A model generated the notes under the pieces. It saw nothing but the letters and a program-made list of their open reading frames with translations. It had not been told where the DNA came from and made no database searches. Shown piece by piece: positions 58,070 through 64,000 of a stretch of 64,000 nucleotides of DNA. This DNA comes from Neoechinorhynchus agilis. Lineage: Eukaryota > Animalia > Acanthocephala. The position numbers and the translations under genes were made by a program. Location: positions 3,008,389-3,072,388 of the forward strand of contig CM121343.1 in assembly GCA_051530055.1 (NCBI GenBank). Direction: 5' to 3'. Within the stretch, counting starts at the first letter, position 1, and every line of letters starts with the position of its first letter.

Positions 58070-60205
58070 TTATTGCCTACTTAATAGCTGGAGTAGATTT
58101 ACACGTTCGAGTACTAAATGATCCAAAGGCTGCTCAACTACTCGCGGAGCCTTGCCGGGTTCGTAATTATCGTAATCTTGGATATTTTTCTCAACTGCTG
58201 GCATGACATCGGACAATCTCTGCGGAATAGGAATAAATGCTGCAGCGCAGATTCTCATACTGCAGGTCTCGCATTTTAATTTCGATAAGTCTGGTTCATG
58301 AGGTTGTTTCTCAACTTTGTCAATCCTTAGTTTCAAATATTTCCTGGCAATTTCTGCATAACTGTTAAATACATAAGCATATACATTCACAGGGGTCTTG
58401 AAATTTTTTGGAGATAGACGTATCTCTTGTATAAAAGGAAGCAACTCTTGTAGAATATTGCAACGTGTGCAATCGGAATTAAGTATTGCAAGATGAGTCG
58501 CTAGTTTTAGTTTATTAATAGCGCTTGGAATCGCACCTAATCGACAGTCCAAAAATATTGATTGTTCCAGGATGTTCATACGTAGAATATTTCTTTGTGG
58601 ATTTTGAAGGTAACGGGTTAACAAATATGCATTTCCTAGTGCATTATTTCCATTTTCATAATTACTGTATTGAAGAACTTCAATGGTGCTCTGTATATAA
58701 TACAATCGCATAATTCGTAGAGTTAAAAGCTGAAGATTTTCCTCTTCTTCAATCAGTTCAGCCAGCCACTTAATTGCCAAATGTAAAAAGCTTAAAGAAG
58801 CTGCAAATCGATTCTGCAAAAAATTGCACTCAGTGTTTGTTTCAGCTATGAATGCGATGAACTTCCTGCATAGTGCCTTAGTTTTCAATGCATTTTCGGG
58901 TGCCAGTATTGAACTATAAGCAATGTTGGATGTGATTGACTGATAGCAGAATACGGTAGCATCATATGCTACTAGAATAGCTTCGGCGTATTCTTTGGAG
59001 AGTAACCTGGTTAAAATCATCATCATTTGTATTTTAATAGACGTTATCCAATCAAGTGGGTTTTTCTTGTCTTCAAGAGCCGTCCTCGCAGTTATAAATG
59101 CATGACAGACATATCCATCAACAATCATTTTTTTTATGGCTGTTTCTAATTGAAACTTTTCGTAGTCTTGCATGTCAATTGTTTGTTGACCTAATCCTAA
59201 CTCACGAAAAATGTTGAGTAACCTCATAAACTGCTCATTTTGGATAAAATAGTCTGTGCAGTAGTCTTGAAGTTCAGAAGTTTCATAATTAATCATTTTG
59301 GACGAAATAACATGAGTCAGATCAAGCACACGTGATAGGTCCTTTTTTAAGCATTCAACGTATTTACCTTTGAAATAGTTCATTTCATCTATATGTTTAT
59401 CATCACATACATGGACAGGCTTAGTAATCTGGGCAAGTTTTTTAATTTCCAACTCCAATTTCTCTCGCAAAACGTCTTTTAGCCATTCGATCATGAGTTC
59501 TACCGCAACAATTTTAATTTTTGAATGTGACATTTCATATATATAAAGGTATCCTTCATAGGCCAAATGAATTGCTCCGCAATGTGCGTGTGCCTCGGCT
59601 CTATTTAATAAGGCTTGAAGGAGCAATCCTTTGTTTACATTCAATAAACCCGTTCGTTTTAAACTATGTATTGTCATCTCCGCTCTTTTAATTGTATCCT
59701 CGAATTTAGTGCACATGAGAGCCGCTTTAGATCCCGCACTCAAAATTTTTATATCAAGTAGCGGCAAATTCTTTTTATTTAATATCTCAGCGTAGTTGCG
59801 ACCCGTGTTCAAGGCTCGATCAAACAAATAGTTCAATCTATTATATGGAACAAAATATCTGTCTTTAGTGTAATACTCTAATTCATCTAATAGATTAAGC
59901 TTTTCCAGTCGAATTATTCGTTGATTAGGCTTCCATTCAAATGGAATTCCAATAACTGGACAGTGCTCACTGCTACTTGAATCGTCAAAACCGGGGGCCG
60001 CAACTTGATCCGATTTAATTCTTTTTTTAATTGAAGCAAACTTTATAAACTTGCGCATCAGAATTTTGCGATCGACGGGCTTATGTGGATGTCCACGCGA
60101 ACCGGGAAGATCCATCGGATCGCGGAACCTATAGGTCGCCAGCATTCTGCCCATCAGTGATTGTCGGATGACGTCCTTACGTGGGCAGTGAAGTGGAATT
60201 TGCAT
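58070..60205 (-). CDS. Orphan intronless helical-repeat (TPR-like) protein, about 711 aa from the first ATG
   Basis: A 2.2-kb ORF in AT-rich DNA. TPR-like amphipathic segments LLNRAEAHAHCGAIHLAYEGY, QNRFAASLSFLHLAI and LGAIPSAINKLKLA. First ATG at 60205. Confidence 0.7.
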   Translation of the reverse strand: MQIPLHCPRKDVIRQSLMGRMLATYRFRDPMDLPGSRGHPHKPVDRKILMRKFIKFASIKKRIKSDQVAAPGFDDSSSSEHCPVIGIPFEWKPNQRIIRLEKLNLLDELEYYTKDRYFVPYNRLNYLFDRALNTGRNYAEILNKKNLPLLDIKILSAGSKAALMCTKFEDTIKRAEMTIHSLKRTGLLNVNKGLLLQALLNRAEAHAHCGAIHLAYEGYLYIYEMSHSKIKIVAVELMIEWLKDVLREKLELEIKKLAQITKPVHVCDDKHIDEMNYFKGKYVECLKKDLSRVLDLTHVISSKMINYETSELQDYCTDYFIQNEQFMRLLNIFRELGLGQQTIDMQDYEKFQLETAIKKMIVDGYVCHAFITARTALEDKKNPLDWITSIKIQMMMILTRLLSKEYAEAILVAYDATVFCYQSITSNIAYSSILAPENALKTKALCRKFIAFIAETNTECNFLQNRFAASLSFLHLAIKWLAELIEEEENLQLLTLRIMRLYYIQSTIEVLQYSNYENGNNALGNAYLLTRYLQNPQRNILRMNILEQSIFLDCRLGAIPSAINKLKLATHLAILNSDCTRCNILQELLPFIQEIRLSPKNFKTPVNVYAYVFNSYAEIARKYLKLRIDKVEKQPHEPDLSKLKCETCSMRICAAAFIPIPQRLSDVMPAVEKNIQDYDNYEPGKAPRVVEQPLDHLVLERVNLLQLLSRQ

Positions 60206-60493
60206 GTTGTATTGATTATTGGATCTCCCGGTACGATTATTTCGTTGCCTTGGTAACGGCTGGGGACCCATTGAAAATCACTAGTTCGCTTTAAGAAGCA
60301 AAAACGGACCCCGTATTTCAGCAAGTTGCGACCTTGCACTTCCGAGTTCCGCTTAGTTTATTGGCTTGTTCAATAACTCACATTTAAAGCATTTTGTTAG
60401 AGGCTAGATCCTTCCGATTAAAAGAATTCATTTATGGCAACAGAGTTAATTTGAAGGCGTTTTATAAAAAACGCTTCTCAGCCAAATTCCATT

Positions 60494-61125
60494 TTGCTTG
60501 GCAATAAGGTCGAGGTGCTCACATTTTATACATTATGGTACAAAACTTTCTCACCGAAACTGAAAGGGCGGGTGTTCGAGACCGCGGTGCGACCAGCCAT
60601 GTTATATGGTGCAGAAACTTGGACGACTAAGCAAAACGACCTCAGAAGATTAGAAACGAGCGAGATGAGGATGCTGAGATGGGCAGCAGGATACACTCTC
60701 AAAGACAAGAAAAGAAATGTGGACATTGCTGTTGTTCAGAGTGGATCGTCCAAAGAAGTTTGCTCTGGCACGATAAAGTTTCGAAGTGCGGCGGAGAAAC
60801 TGGAAATCGTCGACGAGGAACGCTGAGGAAACGATGGGTGGATTACATCAAACAAGATAAATTGGTTGTCGAGGGAACCGCAACCTCTCGCGAAAGAGAA
60901 AAATACGTGAGTGAGAAGAATACGTTGTTGTTCAGAGTTGATCGTCCAAAGAAGTTTGCTCTGGCACGATAAAGTTTCGAAGTGCGACGGAAAAACTGGA
61001 AATCGTCGACGAGGAACGCTGAGGAAACGATGGGTGGATTACATCAAACAAGATAAATTGCTTGTCGAGGGAACCGCAACCTCTCGCGAAAGAGAAAAAT
61101 ACGTGAGTGAGAAGAATACGTTTCG
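60494..61125 (+). mobile_element. RTE-clade LINE 3' fragment with a 196-bp tandem duplication
   Basis: KLKGRVFETAVRPAMLYGAETW...LETSEMRMLRWAAG...DKKRN and RKRWVDYIKQD. 60730-60925 is repeated at 60926-61121. Confidence 0.85.
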
Positions 61126-61178
61126 AATCTCATCGGGTCCATCGTCAATTTGTTAGTTAGCGTCTTTTAATAACTAAT

Positions 61179-61215
61179 AAACTGACGATAAACCCGATGA
61201 GGTTCGAAACGTATT
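61179..61215 (+). ncRNA. PLE-type minimal type I hammerhead relic
   Basis: AAA CTGACGA T AAACC CGATGA GGTTC GAAAC GTA TT. Core CUGANGA, GAAAC, palindromic stem III AC/GU and GUA site; the first stem II pair is mismatched. Confidence 0.6.
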
Positions 61216-61896
61216 CAAAAAAAGTTATTTACCAAGTGAAGAGCTGCCGGCATTATATTCAAAGCAGGCGTCTTACCTCTTCATTAAAGTTTTTGAAACG
61301 CACAATATCTGTCAGTTTTGATACTTGACTTGGAACTTAAGAAAGTTTTGGTTAGTTGCTACATTAAAGAATGAAAATTGGCGACTCCTTCTGCATGACG
61401 AAAAATGAACGTATAACTTCACGCGTCCTAGAATGTATTTACCGCAAGATTTATCCTTTGATAAGCTTAAATAGGAGAAAAAAGAGTTAATTAATGGTTC
61501 AAGTTCGAGTAAAATTGTTAAAGAATTAATCATATCACGAAGTTCCCTCGGGATGGTAAATGTTGAATGATGGTGGTGAACGTAATAACGGTTTAAGATA
61601 TGAAGCGATTTCATACCGGGAATATGTTCACCACCATTCAAAGCTAAAGAATTGGGCGTGTTTTTCAGGACCCCAAAGAAGGATTAAAACACCGAAATAT
61701 TGGTCAAAAATAAATTTGTTTCAACCGCGTAAATTGCTAAAATAAGGACAATCAAGCAGAAAAAGTGCGGTTAAGAAATAAGTTGACAATCTACCAGCAG
61801 TTTTTGCTGAAATAATTTGTGGAATAAAATTCGCGAAGTCAACAAAACTTCACAATATATTTATTAGGCACTCAGATTATCATTTCAGAAAAGGTA

Positions 61897-62466
61897 TTAG
61901 CTACGGTCTACAACGTAAATGGTTGAACCCATACATTGCAGGTTAGATACCACTACTTGGCGCAATAAATTAATTGGATAAGTGACGCTATCAAAATTGT
62001 TCGTAAACAACCATTTATCCTCATCACTTTCTGCAGTTTGCCGGAAGCTCGGTTCTTTATCAGGCTTTAAAACTTTCGTTGATGGTATTTCACGAGCTCC
62101 TGTATTGCTGTTATCTAGTCTCCGTTTTCTATTGGTCTTATTTGCTCTAGTTTTCATCCTAGATTTTTGCATTTTTGCGATTTTTGTCATGCATTTAATT
62201 CGCTTGGAACTGTTTCCAACCGGCAATGGATCTTTACCTTCTTTACACTTACGAAAATTGTAAGCTCTGATTACTGATTCGTCGAAAATGTGATAATCCG
62301 GTTCCCAAGTATTAGAAGACCAATCATAATCCTTCCATTTTACGTAAAATTGCAATTCTCCATCGACGACGCGATGATCAACAATTTTCTCAACTTCATA
62401 CACTCGATCTATTGGATCGACTGAGACAGCCAATGATTTCCGCTGAGTAAAACTACGTCTATCCAT
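61897..62466 (-). CDS. Small chromodomain protein with a putative Pc/C-box (Polycomb/CBX-like)
   Basis: VYEVEKIVDHR...FYVKWKDYDWSSNTWEPDYHIFD chromodomain, a basic linker, and C-terminal PINLLRQVVVSNLQCMGSTIYVVD resembling the Pc-box (SLIEHVFVTDVTANLITVTVKE). No chromoshadow domain. Confidence 0.7.
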   Translation of the reverse strand: MDRRSFTQRKSLAVSVDPIDRVYEVEKIVDHRVVDGELQFYVKWKDYDWSSNTWEPDYHIFDESVIRAYNFRKCKEGKDPLPVGNSSKRIKCMTKIAKMQKSRMKTRANKTNRKRRLDNSNTGAREIPSTKVLKPDKEPSFRQTAESDEDKWLFTNNFDSVTYPINLLRQVVVSNLQCMGSTIYVVDRS

Positions 62467-64000
62467 ATTTTAACTTTTCGATGGTTTTTAAATTTATATA
62501 CGCTGCGTGTTTGAAATGAACACAAAAAAATCGTTGTGGAGTTATGTAGGTCACGATGATATTTGTGTTGTTGCAATCGAAGAAGTATTTTAACAGGATT
62601 GCCAAATTTAAATCAGAATTAAATGTGCTCTTTGTGTTCCTTGATGTCGGCATTCACCATTTTCGAGCACTTAACAAACCGAAGATAGCAAGATTTTGAA
62701 TTTCGCCTTAAATGAAAAATATAAATTGAATAAATGATTAATAAAATTATTTAGAGAATGGCGTGTTTTGTTCCATATTCTTTATATAAATGTAATGTCT
62801 ATTAGAACGTCAGTCGAATTTTGAAATAAGACGTCTATAGATAACATCTAACCTTTTCCCTGAAGAGTTAATTAGCGAATACAAAATAAATAGACGAGCA
62901 TAGGACGAATGAAATGGCGACATGAATTATTGCTTTCCTTGAATGTCGGTCGATGGAGTAAATACGTAATAACTGGTCCTCAGAGATGATTACATCGTTC
63001 TGTAAATGGATTTCATTGAAACACAAAATAGTATGATTGGAACGTGGAACACGCTTTTTTAAACCAATCTAAGAAGTATTTTAACAGGATTGTCAAATTT
63101 AAATCGTAATTAAATGTGATCTTTGTGTCATTTTCGAGTAAATGACTAAAGGACTTCGATACTGCGGCTCCAATGAACTGAACACCGAAAATCTAGGAGT
63201 ATAAAATGCATAAAACGACGCTTCTCGTCTCTTTAAGTATATACATCTATAAAAACATTAATTTAGACAAAGATTTCCCAATGGGGTGATATCGTCAATT
63301 CTAGAATAGTCCATTAGGCTGATGGTCATGTTCATAAGTACCGATGTACATAAATTAATACTTTGACGAGTCGGAAAAAATACTTATTCGTGAAGTATCT
63401 ATTAAAAATTTGATCCCACGTTTTGTAGTCAGTTTTTATTGAATGAGTCTTATGCAAAATATAATCAAGAAGATTCAAGAAATGAATTTAAAGAAAGATT
63501 AAAAGTGTATTTAGTCAAGTGACGACTGTAGAGGAAATATGAATCACCGGTTCAGTTGTTGAAAAGCGATTTAAGCAGGCGGCACCCGTAAAGAATTAAA
63601 TCGTCAGTAAGTGGCGTACTCAAGAATCATTTGAATCGGCTCAAAAAATTAATGGTATTTAAAGTAAAATGTTGGATGGTGATGAGATTATCGAGAGCAT
63701 TTGTGCTGTTGCGCTTACTTCTTATTGCAGGTCATTTACTACGAGATTGTCAATATGTAAAGGAATGCGTGTGAAGCATGTAAAAAATGTTGGCGGATAT
63801 TTCTTGAGCAATTAAAGATGAAGAACTATTCACGATGTCAGAGATATATTTGGGTTTTAATTAATGAACAACATATAATTTGTTATCACGATTACAACAC
63901 ATAATGAATTGCAATTAATTTGAATCTTGGAGCATAAAAAGAGTCTTATGTACTAAACGTTTGACTAATCAAGCTATTTAGTACTTCTGAAACCTTATTC

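Noticed and set aside
61312-61641. Minus-strand 109-aa ORF with a faint F-box-like IPRELRDMINSL
   Set aside because: No ATG, weak similarity and no linked exons identified.
62579-63130. About 58-bp direct repeat (62579 and 63071)
   Set aside because: A real but short local duplication with no element structure between the copies.

Overview
A gene-dense, TE-rich stretch of a compact, fast-evolving metazoan genome. Introns are short and GT-AG (mostly about 35-65 nt) and several genes have none; the taxon cannot be identified from the sequence alone. Recognisable host genes are a DDR-type receptor tyrosine kinase with a degenerate kinase domain, ATG13, CtBP, adducin, a CD225/dispanin gene, RalGPS, RhoGDI, PQBP1 and a minimal Polycomb/CBX-like chromodomain protein. 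Orphan ORFs include two tandem paralogues made of about 40-aa acidic repeats, a coiled-coil protein with two dynein-light-chain-like domains, a helical-repeat protein and a large low-complexity protein. Repeats include three satellites (68, 197 and 147 bp units), CRE-, CR1/L2- and RTE-type LINE fragments, at least four Penelope-like (PLE) fragments, PLE-type minimal hammerhead relics, hairpin MITE-like elements and two tRNA-headed SINE families. The most unusual signal is SINE family 1 (three copies). Its consensus holds a complete hammerhead ribozyme core with all three helices, but the strands occur in an order that is not a circular permutation (not type I, II or III). No single copy here has an intact core, so activity is an inference.
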